64,000 bases of DNA from Takakia lepidozioides. Lineage: Eukaryota > Plantae > Bryophyta. Where the stretch lies: assembly GCA_030704615.1 (NCBI GenBank), contig CM060731.1, forward strand, positions 20,770,001 through 20,834,000, read 5' to 3'. A program made the position numbers and the translations under genes. The notes under the pieces are model-generated. The model saw only the letters and a list, made by a program, of their open reading frames with translations, made no database searches and was not told where the DNA came from. How positions within the stretch are numbered: position 1 is the first letter of the stretch; each line of letters begins with the position of its first letter. This document shows, one piece after another, positions 14,275 to 27,630 of this stretch.

Positions 14275-14541
14275 GTTCTCACATCACATACACATCTATT
14301 ATATATTAGTATCTGTTTTAGAAATCCAAATCCAAATGCAATTGATCAAATATGGAAGCGAGAAACTGCTGCTAACCATTCCTGATTCCTGATTTATGAA
14401 TCGGAATGACTGGCCCGATCCAATATGGGGAGAACTTAGCAAAGCACCTGATGTAACTACAATAGAAACATGAGAAGTCCTTGAGGGCTGTATCTGTAAA
14501 AGACAAGGGGCTGCCATGGTGAATATAGTTAGTGTACTGGC

Positions 14542-17160
14542 GTGACCTATATGTACAAGGTGCTACTTGCCAAAAGACAATATGTGCTAAATTCCTCAAA
14601 ACTTTGTACAGGTCCCCCGTCATTCCCCTATGTACAACTGAATCTCAATGCTTCCACAAGCGACCAGTCACCCACATGGCCAACATCTCTCTCCCCCTCT
14701 GAAAATCCTAATGATGGGTTTGATCACTTGGAGGACGTGGTCCAAGATGGACCTATGAACCAGCCTCTCATCATCAGTGACTTCAATGATGACTTCAAGC
14801 TAGAATCCTTGTCAAAGTTGTGGATCTGTTCGTGCAAAGCTTACTTTGACGCCTTGGAGGAACGTCACATCAAGGTTGGTTGCTTGCAAAGTGACAGCAA
14901 TGTTTCTGAAAAAAGAAGATCTAAAACATTTTGGATGGCCTTCAAGTCATTCGAAGATAAGGTTAGGGGAGATTTATCTCTGGAGGAGGGGCTAAGACAA
15001 ATTGGTCTGGAGCTATGCAATCGCAAAGACACCAAGAGAGGGGTGGGATGTACCGAGCTTGAATTGGCAAAGGTGATCAGAGCTGAGACCTTAGCCATGT
15101 TTGCACCAAGCGACATTCGAAGGGAATTCGAATTTGTTGCTCTACCATATTGGAAAAAATCGGATGAGTTTGAGGCATGTGTTGCCTAAACTGAAGAGTG
15201 CGATGCCTTACAAGCAGCAAAGGCTCTTGTAGAAGCTTATGGCAAGGGCCTAGAAAGAGGACCATCATCAGATCTTGAAGATGTGGACAAAATCTTGGAG
15301 ATGCCCACATTCAGCTCTTTTACAAGATCCCAATTGGACATTATGTGCCATCAAGCACATCAGCTCACCGAAGAAGACGAGTCAATCTTATTGGAAGCCC
15401 GTACACAGGTGGAAGAGGCACTCTTCACCTATCAACACTTCTATGTAGAGAGGAAAGTGTTCAAGACCTACAACGACCACCTAAGCTCCTCCAGGCTCCA
15501 GGAGACTCGAATTAAGGTATAACAGAAAAAACCGCCACCCTGTTACCAGAATTGTGAAAGCCCAACATTGTTATTTACTGTAAAAAAAGATTTACTATCA
15601 CAAAGATTTGTTGTCATGGAGATTAAAATTACACATGCATATGACTACAAGCATATGCATATGATTTAACAAACTCTCATAAAAAAGCATTGGAATTTTG
15701 TAGGTGCACCAAGGAAAAGATTTGCAGGCTTTTACAGAACAATGGTGCAGAATCTTGTTATCCAAAGAAGCTTGGTACAAACCTAAGGTGGATTTCATAC
15801 ACGCAAGTGGGATCGCAGAAACAAACACATATGACGCTGACGGGTTGCGAGATGCGTGGCTTACCAATACATGGAAACAATTCTGGTCAATCCACTACGT
15901 GAGATTCCCTTTCACCTGTAATATATGCCCAGCAGAGCGCCGAATTACAACCAGATATTTGAATATGTTTACAATATGCAAGGACAACTTTTACATGTCA
16001 AGCTCGATACCGAGGTCGTGCGTCCTGATATGCAACTAGACACTGTAAATCCTCTTTCCTTGCTCAAATCCAACACTCTAATTAACCACTCTCACATGTT
16101 GGCCAGACTTCTCGGGGCCACCTTGCCAATTGAAGGAAATCTACTAATTGTGTTTACTGAAAAACAGACCAGTTTTCGAAGAGGAAGATGTGGGCGAAGT
16201 GTGAGGCACACCTAGAGACGCCTGTAGCAGATCAGACTGCTGCAATGCTGCTACAGGCGAGATGCTTGCCCCCTCGAGATTGGGGAGTGCCTATTGATTC
16301 CACCTCTCTTTCTCTCTAATAGTCGAAAATTCTTAAACGCAGGCCCGCATGCTCGGACATCTAATCTTCAAGCTGGCCTCTTATATGATTGAGGTCCCAC
16401 GCTTCTTTTCGTATGCAACCCTACTCATAATGTTGAACCAGGTGCCAACGTCTCAAAACCTAGAGAAAGGGGTTGACCAGAAACTACGCACAGATTTAGA
16501 GAGAGATTTTAGGCTCGGATGGCCAAGCAAGTGGGCACTTCTTACGCGATTGACCAGATCTAAAGACCTGGTCAAGGAGCTGTCTACAGAGCAGATTGAT
16601 GAAGGTCTTGGGTGGACATTCCGAAATTTTGAAGTGAAGGAGGAGAGTTGGGAGAGGGATGTGAAATCCAAAGTTGGAGCAATAATATACAGCCACCTAT
16701 TTGAGGGTCGAAGGGAAATAGGCCTTGCCATGCATGAAGGGTTTGTTCTGGGTATCGAGCATGCAAATGCATCTCCCCAAAAAAATCAGAAATGCGAGCT
16801 TGCTTGGATCTACTCACTCCAGAGACGCTAAGGGTGTTGTTCAACGGGACCTGTGCTATTGAGGCGGCAGATTTCCTACGACACTGCGACTTCCACCACT
16901 CCATTGACCCCGTGCAATGCCATTGGTTCACGAGGTGTGTGAACAGGATGACCTATGCAGAAAGAACTCATCTTGTCGTGTTTACGACAGGTCTGGAGTA
17001 TTTTGGAGCGCGACGCATGAGCATCATGCTCCTAGACCGAAAAGATAACCCTTGCATTCAGTCCTCTACCTGCCTTTATCTACCACCCTACAAAGACGAG
17101 CAGATGATGTTTCAAAGGATACAATACTCAATAATGGACACAAGTTATGGGAGACCATGA
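14542..17160 (+). pseudogene. HECT-domain E3 ubiquitin ligase-like gene (multi-exon, degenerate)
   Basis: The C-terminus LLTPETLRVLFNG...WFTRCVNRMTYAERTHLVVFTTG...QSSTC-LYLPPYKDEQMMFQRIQYSIMDTSYG fits a HECT C-lobe with the catalytic Cys. Upstream + strand ORF fragments are presumed to belong to the same gene. Confidence 0.75.
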
Positions 17161-17724
17161 CAATATATGTGTACCTAGCTAGGAGACTGCGCGGAAGGAC
17201 CTTGCATGTTGTAGACATGTCGGCATAGACATTGAGGAGTGGAATCTGCAAGCAACCAACAAATCCTTTCAGCAGAAAATTGAAGGTGAGGTGCAAACCA
17301 ATTCAGATGTATATCTAGGGACATCATCAGTGAGATTGACATCCTGAAAGAGACCATCAATTGACTATGTGAACAGAATAGTGAACAATTGAACAGACTG
17401 TGTGAACAATTGACTGTGTACAATTTGACTGTGTGAACAGAACAGTTCATGCCTCTATGCCACTGAGCAATACATATACAATGGAAGTCACATGTGCTGG
17501 GACACATAACTGTTCTTGTGGGAGATGGGCCCAAAGTTGGGTACAAACCAAAGCCCTTGGAAGAGCTGGGAGTGAGGCCATGTGGTTGCCCCTTAGCAAC
17601 AGATGGGTGCAGGGTCCGCACTTTGGCGAAGGCCTCAGCCCCTGCCTGTGATGTTAGACCCACAGCACGCCCAGCCCCTAATGCCATAGCAGCCTTAGCA
17701 CTCGTAGCCCTATTTGGTACATTC

Positions 17725-18105
17725 TCATTCCCTGTAGTGGCTGGTGGAGGCAGCCGCTGACCTCGGCCTACTCCCTGGCCAACAGCAAGCGAATCTTTCA
17801 AGACCTGCAGTATTTGAACTTGGCAACTCTCCAAAAAAATCCGAGCAATAGTTCCTTTCCAATGAATCATCGAGGGGATATTGTAACCAGGACACCATTT
17901 CATCATCTTGGATATTTGTTGTTAGAGTGTGCTGGGGCTCCAGCAGCTGTCTCATTCACTACTGCTTCCAACATGGAATCCTTGACAGGGGTGGGTGGCT
18001 TTGGCGGAACCACCACTTCTTCAGTTTCTTGCCCATTGGTCCAATGAGGGAGTAGGTCAGCTGCCACTGTGATTTACTCCCTTTGCTGCTTTGGCCCTGC
18101 ATGTA
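17725..18105 (-). pseudogene. Captured fragment of a PHYTOCHROME INTERACTING FACTOR (PIF)-like gene, N-terminal region only
   Basis: MQGQSSK... and NIQDDEMVSWLQYPLDDSLERNYCSDFFGELP resemble conserved PIF N-terminal motifs. The fragment is frameshifted and no bHLH domain is seen. Confidence 0.7.
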
Positions 18106-18217
18106 AGGAAGGGACGCCAAACCCACATTGGCTGGTTTGGAGCATGCTGACATGCCCTCCTTAAGCACCCCCACTTGAATGGATTCTAGAGACTTAGCCT
18201 GGTTGGAGTTATCAACC

Positions 18218-18219
<2 letters not shown>

Positions 18220-18251
<32 letters not shown>
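18220..18251. repeat. (TG)n(AG)n microsatellite
   Basis: tgtgtgtgtgtgtgagagagagagagagagag. Confidence 0.9.
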
Positions 18252-20952
18252 GGAGGGGAAGGGGTAGCAACAGCAGGCATGACTCCCAAGTTTCTAGAAA
18301 AAATTGGTCTAAAGGCATAAATGATGACAGTAACAGAGCATTCACGACCTGGTTGGAAGGCACAACCAAAGCAAGTTTAAGTCAGGGGCAGTGGCTTCAA
18401 CCATCTGTAGTTTAAACAGAGCAGAAGGTACAGAAACTCATACGGAACGTTTCTCCTTGCGGCGATGTTGTTCACTTGGATCCGCCCACACCTGGTATGC
18501 AATATAGCAGAGTTGGTTGAGATTTGTCCAATCCAAGCACCAGTATATGTGAACAAAAAGAGAATGAGTTACATGCCCATCCTCAGTGCAGGATAATTTT
18601 GTGCAGGCATGCTCCGGCCTGAAAAAATCACCGGAAGTGCAAAAATAAGAGCCCATGTGCACTTCAGGCATCCTCTATTGAAACTATTCAACAGAAGTAT
18701 ACTTCTTGGCATAAATTCAAGCAATCCATCTAAAAAAGACACAGAGAAGCAAGACTTACACGAAGGCCAAGTGCAAAAGATGGTCTCTTTTCTGATGGAT
18801 AGAATTCCCTTTTTTCTTTCACCGCAGAAAAAAAACAGTTTGTTGGAGTGACCGCATCTAGTACTTTGCCACTTCTATCCCACTCTGGAGCACAAAGACT
18901 CATAATCTGCCAAAATTTCACCAAAAACTCATCAAACCCCTCCCGGGCATGGAGCTCTGGAATGAAACACTAATTCAAGCATCTACTTGACAAACATGTC
19001 CATAGAAAAATAACTTAGTTGGTGAGGCCAGTCAATGCAAGTCGACCCCCTCCAAAAGTTCCCAACCCAAGAGACATGACCAGATCTTCGAATAACTGGT
19101 AAAGAAGGTCACTTGCACTCAAGCCACAGACTGGTATCAAGTACAAGACACTGAACCTGTGATGTGCATGTAAAAATACATCTGCCTGGCCGGTGAATCT
19201 TCGTGAAACACAAGGTCTGACATAAAGCAAAGCTGTCCCAACCTAGCTGAACAAAATCTTCTTGAAAAATGGATTATAATGAATCAGACACTCCAACATG
19301 GCAGTTGTTTTTCCTTTTACAGCCGTACCTCTTCAAACGTCGTATTTGTTTAAAACAGCTTGAGTGTTTGAAAGCATCTAAAAACCATCGGAGCACCAAA
19401 TAAGGGACGCATATCCAGCAAAGAGGGGCCCTGACACTGGGATTTGGATCGTCGTCTTGAGATTCTTCCCAGAGCAAAGACAAGAACAACCTGCAGACAG
19501 TCCTGCTAACACTTAGGATCTCCAGAGGTAGATTTGAGTGCCAATGTGTATCTTGAGTATCTCCTCTGCACTGATGCAGTTGCACAGAGCAGGCCTCCAG
19601 GCTTTCATTATGCAGAAAAGGCATGGAAGCAAGGCACAGTGTGGAACTGAAGAAGGTGCTAAGAAACTTTTAAGTAATATCTTCTCAAGGAAGACAAACT
19701 GACACAATGCCAGCCAATAAGAACCACAAGTCACACAAATAAATGAGACAAGCACAGTCTATCTGCAAGCTAGTCAGCTAGTCCTTCGTTGCTGACATTT
19801 ATTGATGTCAAAATTCTGAACTTTGGCCCTCAATTAAGATCCTCTGAGCACATAAAATCCTCCTTCGGAAACTAAGATGTACTTTGTGAGTCCATGCATG
19901 CACATAACACCAAGCACAGTCGTCCAGACCAAGAACTCAGAAGGAACTCATAAAATCCAAATCAGACAACTTTTGGATAGGCCAAGAAAGTTACCCCAAA
20001 TGTGGATGAGGGAGCTCAGTTGTAGGACAAACTGTCCCCTAGATGATACTCCATCTCTAAACTTTCTCCAAACCGAACATAGCCCTATATGCAACTTAAC
20101 GTACAGTTTCTGTATAGGGAGTGGCAACTCTTCACAGCTTTGACAAATGTTCAGAAGCGGGTTCCTAGAGTGTTAGAGTCCAGTGTCAACCAATGACGGA
20201 CAACCGCAGACTTTCCTAATCTGAAGATATAAAAGATACGCATATATGCAGATGTGAATTTTCATTGTCATGACTGCCAAGGAGTACCTCGTCAGGCATT
20301 AATGGACAGAGGCCCTTGTGGCTCTGCCTATCAAAATCCACTTCCAGTTCACCTTTGATCTATCCCGTCCGAATGAACTGTGCTCTTTTTGACAGTATAC
20401 TCTCTGTCTGGAAATCCTAAACCCCCACACACACAGCACATGACAATTGCTGCCATACACAAATACATACTCTTCCTCTCCTCCATGTCGGTTACAAATA
20501 TCTTTTCTTCACTTCTTTTTCTTTACTTCTTATTTAGAAAGATATTGTGTACCCCTTTTAAAAAAAAACAAAAAAAAATTGTGTGCGCCATAACTTCATG
20601 TAGGCAAATCTTGTGTGGTAGCTTTGCCAACTGCCATATGCAAATAACAATTTGCAGAATACACAAACAAGTCTTAGAGAGGTCATATTTGCCTAAAATA
20701 TGAGACGCAACAACACATGCTAGAGCTTTTCTTTGCACCTACCTCCTTGACCTCTGCCCTCCCTTCTGCATTCCCAGAAGTTGGAGGGATCTTGCGACTA
20801 TCTCCTGTTGCCGCTGCTTTCCCCTTTTCCACATAAACATTCCAGCAACAGCTTTAATGTTTGAGTTTTTCCCTCCGCCTATCTCCTTGACCTCTGCCGA
20901 ACTGCTTGGGGGTATTTTTCAAGTATCTTTGGAGTCCTCAAGAGAGTCTGTT

Positions 20953-21474
20953 CTCGTTTCGTAAGAGACATTTTATGAGATCCAACAAACAGGAAGGAAA
21001 ATGGATGCTCGGTAAAAACGACGCCTTTGTTGTCTGGCGAGAGAGGCAGTGCTCTCGTATGCGAGACACCTAGAAAATACGCAATGTAGAATACATGGTC
21101 GACGGATGAAAACTGCCTTATGTAAACCCAGAGTTAAAGGGGTCAAGGAATATTCGTCTGGAATATTTCTTAGGTGTCTTCATATCCTAGGGTAAAGAAT
21201 CTTTCCCTGGGTCCAGGGAATATTACCCATGGCTAGCGAATCTTTCCCGGGCTTTCTAAGCCCGGGCCACTGCAACCCCAGGACAGAAGGAAAAGACGGG
21301 CAGCAGCCGAAATTTGTTCCCAATGAGTTCCCTGTATGGACGGGGGTGCAGGACGTCCAGTCCCAGGCCCAGACCTGGCTTGGTCCATAGTCTAGACCCC
21401 GGGCAGTGCCCCAGGCCAGCCCAAAACTCTCATTTTTATGGCGTCCCGCAACACGGCCTTTTTGCTATTCCCTA
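20953..21474 (-). repeat. Right long TIR of the IS3EU-like element (~520 bp)
   Basis: Reverse complement of the left TIR. Confidence 0.92.
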
Positions 21475-22299
21475 GCATACCACCACTCTTCCAATCCACT
21501 AATGGACTGACCTGCTGTCCTTCCACCAATGGCCTCCATGTTGGCCAATTGCATGGATAATCCTCGTGCGGAAAGACCACAAAGTTCAATATATACAACA
21601 CAACATCCTACATTCATGCATGGAGTCAGAAGTAGACATACACCACCTCCAAGGAAGAAACATGGTTGATAGGTAGCCCTACAGCTCTAGTAGTTTACAT
21701 GTCACGCCATGAGGTAAGATGCTAGATGGAAAACAACACGACCATCCTTCAAATGTAGTGCCAGACTTCATTCTTTCACATCCACAAGTTGTCCAGAAGA
21801 TATAGGCTGAAATAGAAAGACCACTGTGTACAAGATCAATGGAATAAATCATAACATGGTGGGGTTTTACCCCTATAACACTATTTTAATTAATTCTGGA
21901 CTTTTGGCTTAAATCCGGACTAAACTTAATATATATTTGAATTAAAACTAATTGAAATATTAATAATATCATGGTGTAATGTGTGATTGAACTTTGTGAA
22001 ATTACATGTGATGTCATACTTGTTCAAAATGTGTCATATAAGAGGTCCATTTGACATTGAAGTGCTCAATGTGAAGTAGCAGTATTGAACAATTCATTGA
22101 ACGTCCACTTGGAAGTCGAATAATGTAATATTCCATTGTTGGATCACGATAAACAAATGGGTCGCATCGAACATGGGCGAGACTCCTACTCTACCATACT
22201 TGATACAACTTGCTAGTAATTTTATTGATTGAATCTTCATATCAAGCACAATGTTCACATACCACGCCATTGGAATGAATCATGTTTTGGATGTGACAA

Positions 22300-23560
22300 A
22301 GGCAGTAAAATATTAGAATAGCATGAAACATTCGGAAGAGGTACTAGGGTAGTGCAATATGGTTTGGGGTGTAACTAGAGAGAAGTGCAATAAGATTTGG
22401 GTTTACAGTAAGGGTAAGGGTTTAGGGTTTGTTAGGGTACAAAAGGACAAACAAATATGATGGACTCACACTCGGTAGAATTAAGAAATGGTTGAGGAAT
22501 TTGATATCCCTATAATCATTCTATTATACCTTATCCAACAAAAGAAAATATTAAAAGAGCATGAAACATTGAGAAGAGGTAACATGGTAGTACAATAAGG
22601 TTTGGAGTGTAACTAGGGTAGTACACTAAAGTTATTGGTTTATGGTAAGATTAATGGTTTAGGGGTGATGGTAAAGGTAGGGTTTTCAGTTTGGGTTTAA
22701 GGTACAAATGGACAAACAAATATAGTAGACTCATGCTCGCTAGAACTTGGTGTGTGTTAGTAGGATAAAAAATAAGAATAAAAATAGAGAAAATATTATG
22801 GAAGAGTCATTGGGCTGGAGAAGTATTTAAATTGAGGATTCGTCCTTGGAACCTGGTATTAAGATACATATGGTTATGGTATGGATACTTCATTCCCATT
22901 TGCAGGAGAAGGGTAAGGGTTTAGACATAACTGGCGTAGGGTTTTGTTTAGGGTTTCCGACGAGGGTTTAGGGTTTGGGTTGAAGGCAGAAATGGTCAGC
23001 ATACATGCCGGAAGACTCGCACTCGCTAAACCTTAGTGTGTGTTAGTATGGTACAAAATGAGAATTTGGATGTAACATTGAAGTGATTTTGATAACCATA
23101 ATGGTTATGGTTATGGTATGGATAGTTGATTCCCATTTGCAAAGGCAAGGGTAAGGGTTCTGGGGTCATGGGTTAAGGGTAAATGTTTAGTGTTTTATAG
23201 TAAGCCTGGTTTAGGGTAGGGATTTAGGGTTTTTGTTTAAGTTACAAAATAGACAAACACTTATGGAAGACTCCAGTCGCTAGAACTTAGTGTTGTTAGT
23301 AGGGTACTAGTAAGCAAAATAAAAATGAAGAACCTAATATTATGGACAAGTATTTAAATGAAAGACTCGTCCTTGGAACCTGGTATTAAGATGTAACATA
23401 GAAAGCAAATTGTAACATGCCTAAGTGCATGTCAATCCAAAACAAAGGAAAAACCTAGCGCAAATGCGAAGGGAGAAGACATTTCAATAACCATAATGGT
23501 TATGGTTATGGTATGAATAGTTCATGGGCCATTTGCAAAAAAAGGTAAGGGGGGTAATGC
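22300..23560 (+). repeat. Degenerate subterminal repeats rich in telomere-like TTTAGGG/TAAGGG units
   Basis: For example gtttagggtttgttagggt (~22420), gttagggtttccgacgagggtttagggtttggg (~22947) and tttagggtagggatttagggtt (~23210), within imperfect 200-300-bp repeated blocks. Confidence 0.7.
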
Positions 23561-24083
23561 TAACATAAAAAGCAAGGTATAAAAAAGGTATGTCAATCCT
23601 AAATCCTAAATTGCCAAAAAAAAAGCTGAAAGTACACCCTATGAGATTTGGAAAGAAAATGGCGTTATATAACGACTTTGGGAATAAAATGGATCCGAAG
23701 AAAACATGAGAGAGGATAAAAAGTCAGACCACCAAATAAAAACTATGAGAAATAAAAATTGCTTAAAATTTGAACAACGGAAAAGGACATGTGAAATTCC
23801 CTCTTAAACCAGGGCCAAAGATGAGAAGTATGAAAATGAAATGAAATGAAAATTTGGTGCAGAAAAGTCGTATAAATCCGACGAACTGCAACCATCGAAA
23901 AATTGAAAGGTTAGGCTTTCTTTTGAGACAACTGGCAAACACACCAAACTCCCGAATAACAAACACCCAAAACACCCATAACTCCCATAACATGAACCTC
24001 CACTGTCCAGTAGAGGTTCACAATAGCAGAAAACAGACACTGGTTAAACATCCTATTCCGACAACGTAGAAAAAATAGGAGAG

Positions 24084-27000
24084 TTAAATCCGGGAAACTG
24101 CAACCACAGAAAATTCCAAAACGAAGCACAATCCATTTACAAGCATAACGTATGTCATTGACACTCCTCCAAAAACGTTCACACAAGACATCCTATCCCT
24201 GCAAAAAAAAAAATCCAGGTAATCGTAGATGTTCGCCCTCAGCTCATGAGTGTAAGTCCTGCACTCCTTCTCCTGCGAGGTCAGGTCTACATCTGGTCCT
24301 TGGATAACGGGATTAATTGGGTCCGGCGTTAACAAAACAGTTTGAATGTTATCGTCTGGATTCACCATCTTCTCAGCTGTTGCCGGAAATACGTAGTCGA
24401 GGCAGAGGACCGTCCAGGAGAATATAGTCGTGCAGCTCTTGTAAGGTGATTCAAACTCGCCGGGAATGTAATAACCCTGTCGGATAATAAACGACTTTGA
24501 TCCAGGACCATTCCGGATGTATGACACAATATTTCCCGATGATTTTTGTGTCAAGAAAAACACAAAAGCACTGGACATGAGCCTCCGAGTCACAAAAGCA
24601 TCCAGGATATTGGAGTAGTCATTTGCCTCGAAGACAACAGAGTCATCATCACAAATTGTATTGACGAACATCATCGATATATCGTCAAACCATTTCTTCG
24701 ATGCAAGTCCCAACCGTGATCTGGCATCAATAAATTTTTGGTTTCCCCCCAACTGTGTGTAATGGGACCTGAAGCTCGTACATAGAATCGCCAGGGCATT
24801 CTGGTTATCCTCAAAGGTATGCTTGCACGACAAGACATACTTTTTGAGGATAGCAATCATTGGCTGCGTCTCCATATTCATCTTCTGTTTGCTTACAATG
24901 TAGTCGTTCCCGAGCCGATCTCGAAAAGTTTTAAACTCAGCTTTGTTGAAGTTGTATTTTTTTTTCACATCACGCCACTCCAGTTTGGTGTACGGTTCCG
25001 GGTTTTGTTTGCTCCTCCGAGGCCACCCTAAGACTTCCATTACATCGTCGATAATAATCCGTCGCAATTTCATTTGGTCAATATACGCGCTCATTGTATT
25101 TTTGGATTTGTCCGTGCCCTTGAATTTCGTTCCCCGAATGCAAATGTCCATGTTGAGGATTTTCTCCGCCACTCTTTTCAACTGCCTGCTATTAAGTCCT
25201 TGCAGTTTCGCGATAGCGGTTTTATTCAGCGGTAGCTGTTCACCCTTGCACTGAATCCCGAAAATATCAATAAGCTTTATTTGTTCCCACTATTTGAACA
25301 CTTCCTCCCAGAGGTTCCATATGTCTTCGTCACAGAGAACCAGAACCATGGCCTCCTTCACGCTACTCATCTCCAGTATGAGTTGACATGCTTGCATAAA
25401 TTCCTGCGAAAATGATCAGGGCCAAAATTAGATATTTCATTCGATATTTGATATTTGATTTTTGAGATGAAACAAAAGTTACAACTATCATGTCAATTAT
25501 ACTATACTCCAAAGGATGATTCGATTGTCAATTCATTTCCGTCCATCCTGTCGTGCCTTGTAATTTGAAGCTCTTTCTGTAGTGTCTCTTGCTTTGTAAT
25601 GCGGTGCTCCTCCAAGTCAAATTTATCCAATCTGTTCATATTCTCCACTAGGAACAGTTCCACAAATGTGCCTACAAAATCTGTGAAATACCAGAAGACA
25701 ATGAAATCTTTTGCAAGCATCATCCGCAACATCAAATTTTCATGGTCATATGGTTTTTGCAAGTATTTTATCGGCATATTTGCGAAATTGTTCCAAGTGG
25801 AGAACATAAACCGATTGGAAAAACAAGAGTTGGAGAAGCACATCATTACGAAACAAGAGACATTTCAGAAGACCTCAGAATGTCGAATTTCAGAATTCCG
25901 AACCATTCCGTTTGTTGATTGAAGCACCTTCCCTTTTGAAGCTCTTTTTGTAGTGTCTCTTGCTTCGTAATGCGGCGCTCCTCCATGTCTATTTTTTTCA
26001 ATGTTCATGGTATCCAGAAGGAACAGTTTCAAAAATGTTCCGAGGAAATCCTTGAGATACGAACTGACAATTTCTTGGATTTTCTCGGCACATTCGCGAA
26101 ACTGTTCCAGGTGGAGAACATAAACATTGGAAAAATAATAGGTGGAGAAGCACCTCATTACGAAACAACAGACATTATATAAGACTTCAGCAAATCGAAT
26201 ATTTGAATGATGGAATTTTCCGTTCGTCACATTAAATCCGAGCTTGAAAATGTTTTGGTTTTCGAGCAAAAGGAACAAAAAACACAATGAATCATTTATC
26301 TTCCATTGTCTAGTCTCCGATTTTGTTGTGTGATCGTTGTACTTTTTCGGCCTCCCCCTTAGCTCGAAGAAATTCCGGGCATGTGCAACTTTCTCGGGGA
26401 ATGTTGTGTCAAATTTTTGCGCCTTATTCGGGTCGTTTAGGAGCTTAGATAGCTTCACGAGCCTCATCAAATCCTTTGACCATATAATCTTTGAGGGCCA
26501 GTCAGAGTAGTACTTCTTAAGATTGTCGTCGTCCATGTCTTGCACAAGTTCATGCGATAGAATTGAATAAGGTCAGAAATGATAGCGACCTAACAAGCAT
26601 GTTGTTTAAAGTTCATGAACCTCCACTGTCCAGTGGAGGTTTATGTTGTTACCAAAATTGGATTTTGTGGAGAAATTTACCTTGGCAGCAACGATTGTGT
26701 ATTGTCCACCGATGACGAAGAATCTGGACTTTTCCACCTCCTTCTAGATTCGAGGTTTCGAACTAGAAACCTCCATAGGCTTCTCGGGGTTTGTGGGAAT
26801 CAAATAAACTGGATGTTTGGAGTCGAACACCCGGAGCTGGTAAAGACGCGCTTTGACTTCGTCTTTGTGCTTAACATTTAGGGGCCTGTACACCATATCC
26901 CTGGGAGCAAGCTCCATCATGGAAACTTAGACGTCCTGGGTCGCCTCAAACCCAAAAGGAAACATGTCCTTGTAGTCTTGCTCCAGCCTCTCTTGCATCT

Positions 27001-27480
27001 TCTCACACTTCTCTTTGTCGAAGATGTCTGCAGCCTTGGGTTTCTTGTTATCTGTCATGAAAGCGGGATCCATCTCCTCCTTTTGTTTCTTCTTTCCCCC
27101 CTGATGTCCCGGCTTCATTCTCATCACCACCGGCGTCAGTGGATTTCCGTTTTCCCTTCCTTGGCCGCGCTCTCGCAGCCTCCTCCTGCGTCTTTGCAAT
27201 CTCCTTACCCTTTAAGTAAAGCACATCCAGGAAAATACCCCAAGCCATGCACCTTCATCTGTAAATTGAGTACCCTCGTCGCAATATGTGAACCCCGCCC
27301 GAATGGACTCTCTCATCATGGCCTTCCTTAGAAGTCGTATCTCCATTTTGAAGCCAAACGTTCTGGGAAATCTACCATCTTCCATCATGAAAATGACCAA
27401 CATCAGAAATTCCACCTCCATCTCCAGCTCTACGTCGACCACATCTGCATATTTGAGCTCGGCGACCTCTGCACCAATTT
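24084..27480 (-). pseudogene. Second gene of the Sola-like element: ParB/Srx-like N-terminal motif plus possible degenerate methyltransferase-like C-terminus
   Basis: Exon fragments: acidic/basic N-terminus (26927-27199), KSRFFVIGGQYTIVAAK|gt (26681-26740), 26545-~26340, and the 365-aa ORF 24084-25181 ending ...YLDFFFCRDRMSCVNVFGGVSMTY. Stops and frameshifts are present. Confidence 0.5.
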
Positions 27481-27630
27481 TGTAGTGGAACCGGAACTTA
27501 TGGTCCAGAGGTGTTCCAACGGGGACAATGCCTCATTCTGTGATTTCCGGGTTGAGCTCAAAAATTGCCAAATGATCATTCTTGAAATTCGGAGATTTTC
27601 GAGAAAACAAATGAACCACAGATAGGTTTG

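Larger units (their letters stand above)
8469..21474. mobile_element. 13-kb TIR DNA transposon, IS3EU-like (integrase-core transposase plus HECT gene), degenerate, with captured fragments
   Basis: Termini TAGGGAATAGCAAAAAGGCC...GGCCTTTTTGCTATTCCCTA. Direct repeat GCATACC at 8462-8468 and 21475-21481. ~520-bp inverted repeats. Internal transposase and HECT remnants. Confidence 0.8.

Noticed and set aside
8469-21474. Mutator/Pack-MULE call based on long TIRs
   Set aside because: No 9-11-bp TSD, termini are TA rather than G, and no MuDR transposase is seen.
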